This document shows, piece after piece, positions 50,835 to 60,213 of a stretch of DNA of 64,000 nt. Origin of the DNA: Abditibacteriaceae bacterium (GTDB taxonomy: Bacteria > Armatimonadota > Abditibacteriia > Abditibacteriales > Abditibacteriaceae); contig OZ255721.1 of the NCBI GenBank assembly GCA_965277285.1, positions 3,008,001-3,072,000 of the forward strand, read 5' to 3'. The notes under the pieces are model-generated. The model searched no databases, was not told the DNA's origin, and saw only the letters and a program-made list of their open reading frames with translations. The position numbers were made by a program, and so were the translations under genes. Every line of letters starts with the position of its first letter. The stretch's first letter is position 1.

Positions 50835-50913
50835 GACACGGATTAAACGGATGAACACGGATCGAAATCAAGCCAGCTAAAAATCCGTGTTCATCCGTGC
50901 CGTTATTTGTGTC
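50835..50913. repeat. Gene-less copy of the GxxExxY-flanking inverted repeat (family E)
   Basis: ACGGATGAACACGGAT (50847-50862) / ATCCGTGTTCATCCGT (50883-50898). Confidence 0.75.
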
Positions 50914-51004
50914 GGCGCAGCCGCCGTGTCCTAATCTAAACTCAAAGCATCTTTGGAGTTCAGCGGTTTCGCTTTTGCAAGCCGCGCCGCAACGGAACCG
51001 TTTT

Positions 51005-51751
51005 ATGACAACACTTTTCGCATCCGAACAACCCGAACCCGAAGACCTGAGACATCGAGTACTCGAAATCCAGGCGCGCCTGTGCCGCGAATACAATTGC
51101 CCCATTTCATACTTCCACAATCTCGACCCGTTGAGCGAACTGGTTTCGTCGCTGCTTTCGCACCGCACCAAGAACGCCGATTCAAGTCGTGCATTTAAGC
51201 AATTGACCAAACGTTTCCCGACATGGGCAGAAGTGCGCGATGCTTCGATGGAAGACGTTCAAACCGCGATTGCGCCGTGTACGTGGCCGGAACAAAAAGC
51301 GCCGCGCTTGCAGGAAGTGTTGCGTCAAATCACGCTGCGTCGCAACGGCGACTTAAGTTTAGAGTTTTTGTCGGAAATGACCGTTGAAGACGCGCGCCGT
51401 TGGCTGGAAGAACTGGTCGGCGTCGGCCCGAAAACCAGCGCCGCAGTTCTGGCGTTTTCTCGTTTGCGCCGCCGCGCGCTGCCCGTCGATTCGCATCATC
51501 ATCGCGTTGCAGGGCGTTTGGGCTTGATTCCCAAAAGTCTCAGCGTCGGCCCCAGCCATCGAGTACTCGAAGCGCAACTTCCCGCCGATTGGAACGCGCA
51601 ACAGGTTTACGACAACCACGAAGTCTTGATGTTGCACGGCCAGCGCGTGTGTTTTTATAACAATCCCGCGTGCGCCAAATGCGTGCTGCTGGATTTGTGT
51701 CCGTCGGGACAAGCGCGGATAAAGCAAACTTCAGTCAACGCTGAAAGTTGA
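51005..51751 (+). CDS. Endonuclease III-like HhH-GPD DNA glycosylase with Fe-S cluster
   Basis: LVGVGPKTSAAVL, LPVDSHHHRV, C-x6-C-x2-C-x5-C. Confidence 0.9.
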   Translation: MTTLFASEQPEPEDLRHRVLEIQARLCREYNCPISYFHNLDPLSELVSSLLSHRTKNADSSRAFKQLTKRFPTWAEVRDASMEDVQTAIAPCTWPEQKAPRLQEVLRQITLRRNGDLSLEFLSEMTVEDARRWLEELVGVGPKTSAAVLAFSRLRRRALPVDSHHHRVAGRLGLIPKSLSVGPSHRVLEAQLPADWNAQQVYDNHEVLMLHGQRVCFYNNPACAKCVLLDLCPSGQARIKQTSVNAES

Positions 51752-51759
51752 GGTGAGAA

Positions 51760-52260
51760 ATGAAAGATTACGATGACGACAAAGTGTTTTTGAAAGCAAC
51801 GAAAGCGTATGAGAAAGGCGACTTTAAAACAGCTTTCGAGTCGTTCTCTTACGCCGCAGAACAAGGCGCGGCCTGGGCGCACAATTATCTCGGCCTCATG
51901 TATGGCGGAGGTGAGCACGTCGAAAAAGACCAAGATCAAGCACTGTTTTGGCACAAAAGCGCCGCGCGCATTGCGAAAAACTCAAGTTACGACTACGGCA
52001 ACGTCGCGCGGCAATACGAAATTATGGGAAATCGCCGTCGCGCTTTCTATTGGTGGAACAAAGCGGTTTTGCTGAGCGATAAAAGTGCTGGGCTTGAACT
52101 TGCCAAGCGCCTGCTGCAAAACGGTCGCAGCGATTCACGAAAACGTGCCATCGAACTTTTGCAAATCGCTGCCGCTGCCGAGTTTCCACTTAAAATCAGC
52201 GAAAACGATTGCGAAGAAGCGCAGGAATTGCTGGATGATTTAGAGAAAACTGCTATGTAA
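51760..52260 (+). CDS. Sel1-like repeat protein
   Basis: AAEQGAAWAHNYLGLMY...KDQDQALFW. Confidence 0.8.
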   Translation: MKDYDDDKVFLKATKAYEKGDFKTAFESFSYAAEQGAAWAHNYLGLMYGGGEHVEKDQDQALFWHKSAARIAKNSSYDYGNVARQYEIMGNRRRAFYWWNKAVLLSDKSAGLELAKRLLQNGRSDSRKRAIELLQIAAAAEFPLKISENDCEEAQELLDDLEKTAM

Positions 52261-52345
52261 GGTGCAAATGTGTGTTGTTGAATATTTATCTGACGGGACG
52301 AGCGCGGGTGAAAAGGTGGCTATAAAGACGATGGAAAATCAGCTC

Positions 52346-52888
52346 TCAATCGGGAAGATTTTGTATACGAGTGATTCGCAATTTTAACTCTTTTCTACCC
52401 AATTCGTTCAATCCGCTTGGTGGGTCTTTGGGACGTGTCTTCAACAAGAGTTCGATAAAGGCAAGCACAGGCTGCTTACCGACGCGTGAAATCGCAAAAT
52501 CGTCTGCTTCTATTTCATCAGGCTCAACTTCACCTTTTTCTATGCAAGCAATTCTACGTGCACGTATATCTGCCTGAGTGTGCAGACCGCGCTCAGCAAG
52601 AGTGTGATAGTGTTCATGGTGAATATGCCCGACCTCATGCCATATTGCGGCATCTTTATATTCATGAGCCAGTTGCAAAAAACCAGAAGTAACTATTGCG
52701 TGAGGTTCGCCGTCCGTCCATGTCGAAACAATGAAACGCATGTTGATTTTTTGCATAAGAGCGTCATTTTGAATCACTCGTATAACCCGATAGCCGGATT
52801 TATCGTTTGAGTAATTTCTGACCTCTGCAACTCGCATATCTCTCTTGTGCCAGAGTAACTTATAATCGTCGCCAAATTCATTGTTCAT
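52346..52888 (-). CDS. AT-rich hypothetical HExxH metalloprotein
   Basis: IWHEVGHIH...EIEADDFA. Confidence 0.7.
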   Translation of the reverse strand: MNNEFGDDYKLLWHKRDMRVAEVRNYSNDKSGYRVIRVIQNDALMQKINMRFIVSTWTDGEPHAIVTSGFLQLAHEYKDAAIWHEVGHIHHEHYHTLAERGLHTQADIRARRIACIEKGEVEPDEIEADDFAISRVGKQPVLAFIELLLKTRPKDPPSGLNELGRKELKLRITRIQNLPD

Positions 52889-53017
52889 AAAGATCTATTT
52901 TATATTAATGTTTATTGTTGATTAACAGTGACTACCAAAGTTATTGCGCTTTTTGATGCGATTTAGTAACCTTCGATAGATAATTTTCCAAATGGACAAA
53001 TCGAGGACACAATTCAA

Positions 53018-53287
53018 ATGAGTGTAGCCGAACGCGAAAAGACCGGAATCATTTCCGAGCACGCCAAACATGAAAGCGACACAGGTTCGCCCGAAGTGCA
53101 AGTTGCGCTGATGACGGCGCGCATCAATTACCTGACCGAACACCTCAAGATTCACAAGAAAGACCACGCCAGCCGATTGGGTTTGCTGCGTTTGGTCGGT
53201 AGCCGCCGCCGCTTTTTGCGTTACTTGCAAAACAAAGATGTCGCGCGCTATCGCGCCATCGTGCAAAAGCTGGGCTTGCGCCGCTAA
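53018..53287 (+). CDS. rpsO: 30S ribosomal protein S15
   Basis: [26 protein letters not shown]. Confidence 0.98.
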   Translation: MSVAEREKTGIISEHAKHESDTGSPEVQVALMTARINYLTEHLKIHKKDHASRLGLLRLVGSRRRFLRYLQNKDVARYRAIVQKLGLRR

Positions 53288-53298
53288 CGAATTTTCTC

Positions 53299-53382
53299 AC
53301 GCCGCCTTTTTCGTTCCGTCCGCCGACTATCGAGTACTCGAACCGAGTATTTGACGGTCGCGCACGAAACGAAAGGCGGCGT
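53299..53382 (+). promoter_or_regulatory. Long stem-loop between rpsO and pnp (possible processing/attenuation structure)
   Basis: ACGCCGCCTTT...CGTT / AACGAAAGGCGGCGT arms; the apex is formed by two palindrome copies. Confidence 0.55.
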
Positions 53383-53463
53383 TGTGTTTTTCAACACCCA
53401 AGTTTGAACACAAGGGTTTGGTGACAGCCGCAATTTGTGAGCGGCGGCCAAGAAAGGAACGAA

Positions 53464-55755
53464 ATGGATATACAACAAGAATCCGTCTCCATCGAATGGG
53501 GCGGACGCACTCTCACATTGGGAACCGGCACGCTGGCGACGCAAGCGAATGGCGCCGTAACGGTTCAATATGGCGAAACGATTGTTCTCGCCACCGCCGT
53601 GATGTCGCGCGAGCCGCGCCCCGGCATCGACTTTTTCCCGCTGACGGTCGACTTTGAAGAGCGCATGTACGCAGCCGGAAAAATCCCCGGCAGCCGCTTT
53701 GTGCGCCGCGAAACGCGCCCCGGCGAAGACGCGATTTTGAACTCGCGTCTCATCGACCGCAGCATTCGCCCGTTGTTCCCCAAGAACGCCGCGAATGATG
53801 TGCAAGTCGTCTTGACTTCGCTTTCTGTTGATGGCGAAAACGAACTGGACATTCCGGGGCTTATTGGCGCGTCTGCCGCGCTGGTGATTTCGGATATTCC
53901 GTTCAACGGGCCGATTGGCGGCGTCAAAATCGGCATGGTCGGTGGCGATTTCGTCATCAACCCGACGCACGAGCAGATCGAAAACGGTCAGTTGGAATTG
54001 GTCGTTTCGAGCAGTGACAAAGGCGTTTTGATGATCGAAGCGGGCGCGCATCAGTTGTCCGATGAGCGCATGGCCGAAGCGATTGACATGGCGCATCGCG
54101 TCATTCAGCCGGTCATCGAACTGCAAAAGCAGTTGCAGGCCAAAGTCGGCAAAGCCAAAAGCGAGATGAAAACCAGCGTCGTGCCGGAACGAGTACTCGA
54201 AGCGATTGATTCGCGCTTCGGCCAGCAAATCAAAGACGCCATTGCGACGCCCAGCAAAAGCGAGCGCAACGAAGCTCTCGACCAGGCGCGCGTTGACGTG
54301 AAAGCCGCGTTGAGCGAAGAGTTGGGCGACGACGCGAAATCTATCGGCGGCGCGATGGAAAAGCTGGCCAAGAAATATACGCGCCAGATGATTTTGGGCG
54401 AAGGCAAGCGTCCCGATGGCCGCGCTTTGGACGAATTGCGACCGTTGACTGCGAAAGTTTCGCTCCTCCCGCGCACGCACGGAACCGGCTTGTTCCAGCG
54501 CGGCGGCACGCAAGTGATGACGGTGGCGACATTGGGTTCGCCCGGCGATGAGAAAATCATCGACGGCTTGGACGAAGAAGAAAAGCGCCGCTATTTGCAT
54601 CACTATAATTTCCCGGCCTATTCGGTCGGCGAAGCGCGGCCTTTGCGCGGGCCAGGTCGCCGCGAAATCGGGCACGGCGCGCTGGCCGAAAAAGCTCTGG
54701 TTCCGGTTCTGCCGAGCAAAGAAGATTTTCCTTACACGTTGCGTTTAGTTTCTGAAGTTCTGAGTTCCAATGGCTCGACTTCGATGGCCAGCGTTTGCGG
54801 ATCGACGCTGGCTTTGATGGACGCGGGCGTGCCGATTTTGGCGCCGGTTGGTGGCATTTCGATTGGTCTGGTGACGGGCGAAAGCGTGGAAGAACGCGTT
54901 TTGTTGACCGATATTATCGGCGTGGAAGATTTCTATGGCGACATGGATTTCAAGGTCGCGGGAACGCGCGACGGCATCACGGCGATTCAGTTGGACACCA
55001 AAGCCGAGTATTTGCCGCTGTCGATGATGCGCGAAGTGTTTGCGGCGGCCAAAAAAGCGCGCTTCACGATTTTGGACACCATTGAAAGCGCCTTGCCCTC
55101 ACCGCGCGAAGAGTTGTCCAGCTATGCGCCGCGCATTTTGACAGTGAACGTTCCGGTCGAGCGCATTGGCGAAATCATCGGCCCGGGCGGAAAAATGATT
55201 CGCTCGATTGTCGAACGCACCGGCGCCAAAATCGACATCGAAGACGACGGTACGGTCTTTATTTCTTCGACCAAAGCCGAAAGCGGCAAGATGGCGGCGA
55301 AGATTATCTCCGACATGGTGCGCGAAATCGAGATCGGCGAAGTTTATACCGGCACCGTGACGCGCTTGCTGAACTTTGGCGCGTTCGTGGAAATCATGCC
55401 GGGACGCGAAGGCTTGATTCGCATTTCCGAACTGGCGTGGGATTTCGTCAATACGGTCGAAGATGTCTTGAATATCGGCGATGAAGTCGAAGTTCAGGTC
55501 TCGGAAATTGACGATCAAGGACGCATCAACCTTTCGCGCAAAGCCTTGTTGCCCAAGCCGGAAGGTTACGTCGAGCGCGCGCCGCGCGAACGCAGCGAAC
55601 GCGACAACGGCGGACGTTCGGGCGGAGATCGCGGCGGCTTCGGCGGCGGAGATCGTGGCGGACGTTCGGGCGGCGGTGGCGGCTTCGGTGGCAATCGTGG
55701 TGGAGATCGCGGCGGTCGTCCAAGCGGTGGCGGCGGTTTCGGCGGACGGCGCTGA
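53464..55755 (+). CDS. pnp: Polyribonucleotide nucleotidyltransferase
   Basis: DFFPLTVD, RLIDRSIRPLF, RREIGHG, SNGSTSMASVC, GDMDFKVAG, KH and S1 domains, RGG tail. Confidence 0.98.
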   Translation: MDIQQESVSIEWGGRTLTLGTGTLATQANGAVTVQYGETIVLATAVMSREPRPGIDFFPLTVDFEERMYAAGKIPGSRFVRRETRPGEDAILNSRLIDRSIRPLFPKNAANDVQVVLTSLSVDGENELDIPGLIGASAALVISDIPFNGPIGGVKIGMVGGDFVINPTHEQIENGQLELVVSSSDKGVLMIEAGAHQLSDERMAEAIDMAHRVIQPVIELQKQLQAKVGKAKSEMKTSVVPERVLEAIDSRFGQQIKDAIATPSKSERNEALDQARVDVKAALSEELGDDAKSIGGAMEKLAKKYTRQMILGEGKRPDGRALDELRPLTAKVSLLPRTHGTGLFQRGGTQVMTVATLGSPGDEKIIDGLDEEEKRRYLHHYNFPAYSVGEARPLRGPGRREIGHGALAEKALVPVLPSKEDFPYTLRLVSEVLSSNGSTSMASVCGSTLALMDAGVPILAPVGGISIGLVTGESVEERVLLTDIIGVEDFYGDMDFKVAGTRDGITAIQLDTKAEYLPLSMMREVFAAAKKARFTILDTIESALPSPREELSSYAPRILTVNVPVERIGEIIGPGGKMIRSIVERTGAKIDIEDDGTVFISSTKAESGKMAAKIISDMVREIEIGEVYTGTVTRLLNFGAFVEIMPGREGLIRISELAWDFVNTVEDVLNIGDEVEVQVSEIDDQGRINLSRKALLPKPEGYVERAPRERSERDNGGRSGGDRGGFGGGDRGGRSGGGGGFGGNRGGDRGGRPSGGGGFGGRR

Positions 55756-55762
55756 TGATTAT

Positions 55763-55790
55763 GTACGGGCGAGGCATGCCTCGCCCGTAC
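55763..55790. repeat. Perfect 28-bp REP-like palindrome, family D
   Basis: GTACGGGCGAGGCATGCCTCGCCCGTAC. Confidence 0.92.
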
Positions 55791-55808
55791 GCGACATTCG
55801 AGTACTCG

Positions 55809-55851
55809 AACCGCTGCGGCTTTTGTCGTAGCGGTTTGTTTTTGTTTTTTT
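55809..55851 (+). terminator. Intrinsic terminator after pnp
   Basis: AACCGCTGCGGC-TTTT-GTCGTAGCGGTT followed by a T-rich tail. Confidence 0.75.
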
Positions 55852-55875
55852 GTTCTTTGTTGAGAGGAACTTGTT

Positions 55876-56406
55876 ATGACTGTTGGTGCACGTTTGAAAC
55901 AGCATTGGCTTCAACAAAACATATTCGCTGTGCATCCATCCTGGAATGCCCAAACGATACGCAAATGTCAAAGTATCGAAGAGAAAGCCTTGCGCGGCGC
56001 TTCAGCAAGTGACATCGCTAACTTTGAAGAACGTTACGACGTGCATTTGCCGGAAGATTTGCGCCAATACTTCTCAACTGTTAATGGCATGGGGAGCGCA
56101 CGTAGCGAAACGATGGACAATTCGCTTCTTTGCCTGTGGTCAATTGACGAGATGAAAAGCGTGGCAGAATTCTATGTTAATGTGCCGCAATTGGAAGAAC
56201 TTGATCCAGCTTCACTTTTTATCTTCGCCGATTACTGCATTGAATGTCAGTATTATGTCATTCAACTCCATAGCGATTCGCAACAGCCAACGCCTGTTTA
56301 CTGGATGGCTGACACACCAAGATACCAATTTGGCAACTCGTTCACGGACTTTATTGAATTCTATATGACAGATGCAGATTTCATCGTTAACCCTTGGCGT
56401 GAGTAG
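55876..56406 (+). CDS. SMI1/KNR4 (SUKH) family protein
   Basis: GASASDIANFEERYDVHLPEDLRQYFSTVNG, LWSIDE, FIFADY, SFTDFIE. Confidence 0.88.
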   Translation: MTVGARLKQHWLQQNIFAVHPSWNAQTIRKCQSIEEKALRGASASDIANFEERYDVHLPEDLRQYFSTVNGMGSARSETMDNSLLCLWSIDEMKSVAEFYVNVPQLEELDPASLFIFADYCIECQYYVIQLHSDSQQPTPVYWMADTPRYQFGNSFTDFIEFYMTDADFIVNPWRE

Positions 56407-56416
56407 AAACCCTAAA

Positions 56417-57700
56417 ATGAACGATTTTCAATTTCACAAAACAACTTTAGAGAACGGACTGCGCGTTTTAACTGAACGGCGCGAAGAGGCGACTTCGGCG
56501 ACGCTGGGCGTGTGGATTCAGGCTGGTTCGGTTTTTGAAACCGATAACGAACGCGGTTTGGCGCATTTGCTGGAACATCTGGTTTTTAAGGGCACGCAGC
56601 GTCATGGCATGAAGCAGATCGCCAGCTTGATGGACAATCTGGGCGGGCAGATGAACGCCTTCACCGAGCGCGAACTGGTTTGCTATCATGTCAAAGTTTT
56701 GCCGGATCACGTCGAAAAAGCGATGGGTTTGCTGTGCGATTTCATTGCGCGTCCGAGTTTGAACAAGAGCGATTTGGAAATTGAGCGCGGCGTGGTTCTG
56801 GAAGAAATCCATTCGGTCGAAGACGCGCCGGAAGAATTGGTCGAAGACGTTTTTACCGAAACCATCTGGGAAAAGTCGCGCTGGGGACGCCCGATTTTAG
56901 GAACCGAGGAAAGCGTTTCGGCTTTGCAAGCCGACGATCTGCGGCGTTATTTGCAAACGCATTACACGACGAACAACGTCCTGATTTCCGCGACGGGCGA
57001 TGTGCGGCACGAGCAAATCGTGAAATTATCGCAAAAACTGCTCAGCGATTTGCCGCAAGTGCAATCGAGTACTCGAAAGCGCGCGACAACGCCCAAAGCG
57101 CCGTTTATCACGTCGCATCAAAAGCAATTGTCGCGCGAAACCGAGCAAGTTCACTTGTGCATCGGCACGAAATCCTGCGGCTACGAAGACGAGCGGCGTT
57201 ACGTGGCGGGACTTCTCGATTCGATTTTGACCGGCGGTTATTCGTCGCGCTTGTTTCAGGAAGTGCGCGAAAAACGCGGTTTGTGTTATTCCATCGGGCC
57301 AATGTCGGCGTCTTATCGCAACGCCGCGTTCTGGGCGGTGGAAACCAGCGTCGCGCCTCCAATGGCGAAGAAAACCGTCGAAATCATCGGGCGCGAATTG
57401 CGCAAAGTGAAAGAGCAGGGCGTCACTAAAGCCGAACTGAAACGCGCTCAGGAAATGGCGCGCATCAATTTGCTGCTGAGCGAAGAAAGTTCGGGTTCGC
57501 GGATGAACCGATTGGCGCGCAACGAATTGTATTATGGCGTGCAACGCTCGACGCAGGACGTTTTAGCGCAAGTGCAAGCCGTCACTTTGGATGATATTCA
57601 AAGTCTGGCGCGCGAAATGTTCGACCCAACGTTGATGAATCTGGTGGCGATTGGGCCGTTTTCCGATAAGGCCGCGCTGCTGCAAATCGAAGTCGGCTGA
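56417..57700 (+). CDS. M16 family zinc peptidase
   Basis: GLAHLLEHLVFKGT, NAFT, SSRLFQEVREKRGL. Confidence 0.95.
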   Translation: MNDFQFHKTTLENGLRVLTERREEATSATLGVWIQAGSVFETDNERGLAHLLEHLVFKGTQRHGMKQIASLMDNLGGQMNAFTERELVCYHVKVLPDHVEKAMGLLCDFIARPSLNKSDLEIERGVVLEEIHSVEDAPEELVEDVFTETIWEKSRWGRPILGTEESVSALQADDLRRYLQTHYTTNNVLISATGDVRHEQIVKLSQKLLSDLPQVQSSTRKRATTPKAPFITSHQKQLSRETEQVHLCIGTKSCGYEDERRYVAGLLDSILTGGYSSRLFQEVREKRGLCYSIGPMSASYRNAAFWAVETSVAPPMAKKTVEIIGRELRKVKEQGVTKAELKRAQEMARINLLLSEESSGSRMNRLARNELYYGVQRSTQDVLAQVQAVTLDDIQSLAREMFDPTLMNLVAIGPFSDKAALLQIEVG

Positions 57701-57764
57701 GCGATTGGTTCAGAGGTTGTATAAAAAGTCGCAAAAAGTAGTAGCAGATGCTCGAAAGTGGAAG

Positions 57765-57834
57765 TTTGTTATTCTGAGCGAAGCGAAGAATCTGGCTTAG
57801 GGTTTAGATTCTTCGCTTCGCTCAGAATGACAAA
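57765..57834. repeat. Family A hairpin repeat
   Basis: TTTGTTATTCTGAGCGAAGCGAAGAATCT...AGATTCTTCGCTTCGCTCAGAATGACAAA. Confidence 0.9.
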
Positions 57835-57967
57835 GTGCTATTTCTCAGTGTTGTTTTCTACTTTGCAAACCAATTCTTAGAGATTTGGATTTGAGTACTC
57901 GATCTTGAAACCATCTATGTTTCTCTGTGTCCATCTGTGGTTCATTCGTCGCGTTATAATAATTCGC

Positions 57968-58771
57968 ATGATTCGAGTACTCGTTAGCGGCGCCAGCGGG
58001 CGCATGGGGCGCGAAGTCGTCAAAGCCGTTTGTGGTGACAACGAATTGCAGTTGGTCGGCGCCGTCGATCATCACAACGCGGGGCGCGACGCCGGTGAAA
58101 TCGCCGGAATTGAAACGTGTAACGTCCTCATTCAAAGCGATTTAGCGACGGCTTTGCGCGAAACGAACGCGCAAGTGGCGGTTGATTTTTCAATTCCCAC
58201 AGCGGTGCGCACCAACATTCAAACTATGCTGGATAACGGCGTTTGTCCGGTTGTCGGCACGACGGGCTTGAAAGAAAGCGATCTGGCGGAAATTGATGCG
58301 GCGTCTAAAGCGGCCAATGTTCCGGTTTTTATCGCGCCCAACTTCGCCATCGGCGCGGTTCTGATGATGCGTTTCGCAGCCGAATGCGCGAAGTTGTTCG
58401 ACAGCGCCGAAATCATCGAATATCACCACGACAAAAAAGTTGATGCGCCCAGCGGAACCGCTTTCAAAACCGCGCTTTTGATGCGTGAAGCGCGCGAAAC
58501 CGATTTCGTTCATGTCGGCGGCGACGAGGAAAGTGAAGGTTCGACGGCGCCACATTCGCGCGGCGGAAACATCGGCGGCGCCAGCATTCACAGTGTGCGA
58601 TTGGCCGGATATTTAGCGCATCAGGAAGTGATTTTCGGCATGGCGGGACAAACGCTCAGCATTCGTCACGATACGATCACTCGGGAATGTTACATGCCAG
58701 GTGTTTTGATGGCGATCAAGAAAGTGCAAAGTTTGCAAGGTTTGACCTACGGTTTGGAAAAGATTTTATGA
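57968..58771 (+). CDS. dapB: 4-hydroxy-tetrahydrodipicolinate reductase
   Basis: GASGRMG, VVGTTG, APNFAIG, EYHHDKKVDAPSGTA. Confidence 0.96.
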   Translation: MIRVLVSGASGRMGREVVKAVCGDNELQLVGAVDHHNAGRDAGEIAGIETCNVLIQSDLATALRETNAQVAVDFSIPTAVRTNIQTMLDNGVCPVVGTTGLKESDLAEIDAASKAANVPVFIAPNFAIGAVLMMRFAAECAKLFDSAEIIEYHHDKKVDAPSGTAFKTALLMREARETDFVHVGGDEESEGSTAPHSRGGNIGGASIHSVRLAGYLAHQEVIFGMAGQTLSIRHDTITRECYMPGVLMAIKKVQSLQGLTYGLEKIL

Positions 58772-58989
58772 GCGCCGACTGGAAAGCGACAGACTTCGAG
58801 CGTCCGCCAATGGATGCAGAACTGCGTCGCACTGCCGATGAGTGGCTTCAAGAAAAAGTGCAGGACAATCCAAACGCAACGTTCGGCGAAAAGCTTTATT
58901 GGCTTGAAGACGCCCACAAAATGGTGTTGCAACTCCAACAAAGCGCGACATCGAGTACTCGAAGCGAAGAAAAGGAACACACAACCTAA
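58768..58989 (+). CDS. Small hypothetical protein
   Basis: Overlaps the dapB stop and the asd start; 73 aa. Confidence 0.6.
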   Translation: MSADWKATDFERPPMDAELRRTADEWLQEKVQDNPNATFGEKLYWLEDAHKMVLQLQQSATSSTRSEEKEHTT

Positions 58990-60104
58990 TGAAGAAGAAA
59001 GTAGCCGTGATCGGCGCCACGGGAATCGCCGGACAACAATTTTTAGCCGCCTTACCTCATCATCCCGAACTGGAAATTACCGTTTTAGCGGCGTCCGCGC
59101 GTTCCGCGGGAAAGACGTATTTGGAGGCTTTGCGCGAACCATCGGGCGCCATCGGTTGGTGGTGCGATGAAGAGTTGCCAATCGAGTACGCGAAGATGCC
59201 CGTCATCAACGGCGAAGACTTTGATGCGACAACTGTCGACATCGTTTTTACCGCGACCGAAAGCGCCGCCGCCAAAATCCTCGAGCCGCTGTATGCGCAA
59301 ACCACGCCCGTGATTTCCACGGCGAGCGCGTTTCGCTATTTCGACGACGTGCCGATTTTGATTCCTGGCGTCAACAACGATCATGCGAAGATGTTGCAAC
59401 AACAGCAACGTAATCGCGGCTGGAAAGGTTTCGTGACACCGATTCCCAACTGCACGACGACCGGTTTGGCGATGACGTTGAAGCCGATTTACGACGCGTT
59501 TGGCATTAAGTCGGTTGTGATGACTTCGATGCAGGCGATGAGCGGCGCGGGTCGTCGTGGCGGCGTTCTGGGCATGGATTCGACCGAAAACGTGATTCCT
59601 TACATTCCGGGCGAAGAAGAAAAAGTGCAACGCGAAACGCAGAAGATTTTGGGCAAACTGGACGCTGGTTGGAAAGTTCCTATGATTGTTGGGACGCTTC
59701 CAACTTTAGCAATTACTCCAGCCACTTTTCCGGTTTCGGCGACTTGCACACGCGTCGGCGTTTTGGACGGTCACACCGAAGCGGTTTATGTAGCGACCGA
59801 AAAAGCGTGTTCGGCGGAAGATGTGGCGCAGGCGATGCGCGAATTCGATGGCGGATTGAGCGGTTTGTATTCGGCGCCGCAGCCGGTGATTTTAGTGCAT
59901 GACGATCCGTTTCGTCCCCAGCCGCGCCGCGACCGCAACAATGGCGGCGGCATGACGACAACCGTCGGTCGCATCCGCGAAGAGCGTGCTCTGGGCGAAA
60001 ACGGCGTGAAATACGTTCTGGTTTCGCACAACACCAAAATGGGCGCGGCGCGCGGCGCGATTCTTGTCGCCGAAATGTTGCTGCGCGACGGCTTGATTCA
60101 GTAG
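58989..60104 (+). CDS. asd: Aspartate-semialdehyde dehydrogenase (archaeal/eukaryotic-like type)
   Basis: GATGIAGQQF, ASARSAGKTY, PNCTT, QAMSGAG, EEEKV, CTRV, RPQPRRD, SHNT. Confidence 0.93.
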   Translation: MKKKVAVIGATGIAGQQFLAALPHHPELEITVLAASARSAGKTYLEALREPSGAIGWWCDEELPIEYAKMPVINGEDFDATTVDIVFTATESAAAKILEPLYAQTTPVISTASAFRYFDDVPILIPGVNNDHAKMLQQQQRNRGWKGFVTPIPNCTTTGLAMTLKPIYDAFGIKSVVMTSMQAMSGAGRRGGVLGMDSTENVIPYIPGEEEKVQRETQKILGKLDAGWKVPMIVGTLPTLAITPATFPVSATCTRVGVLDGHTEAVYVATEKACSAEDVAQAMREFDGGLSGLYSAPQPVILVHDDPFRPQPRRDRNNGGGMTTTVGRIREERALGENGVKYVLVSHNTKMGAARGAILVAEMLLRDGLIQ

Positions 60105-60213
60105 GCAGAAAGCAGCGGCAGGAGGCAGTTTGCGCGCTGAACATTGAAACGATGTCGTTGAAGTTTCGAGTACTCAAACTGCCTCCTGTTTTCTGCTGCT
60201 GCCTCCTTCCTTT

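Noticed and set aside
52890..53017. S15 autoregulatory leader upstream of rpsO
   Set aside because: Plausible by position, but I could not identify a supporting structure by eye.
53284..54675. Long antisense ORFs (also 15859-17103, 23351-24427, 22001-22921, 4209-4973)
   Set aside because: Shadow frames opposite well-supported genes, expected from codon bias; no recognisable motifs.
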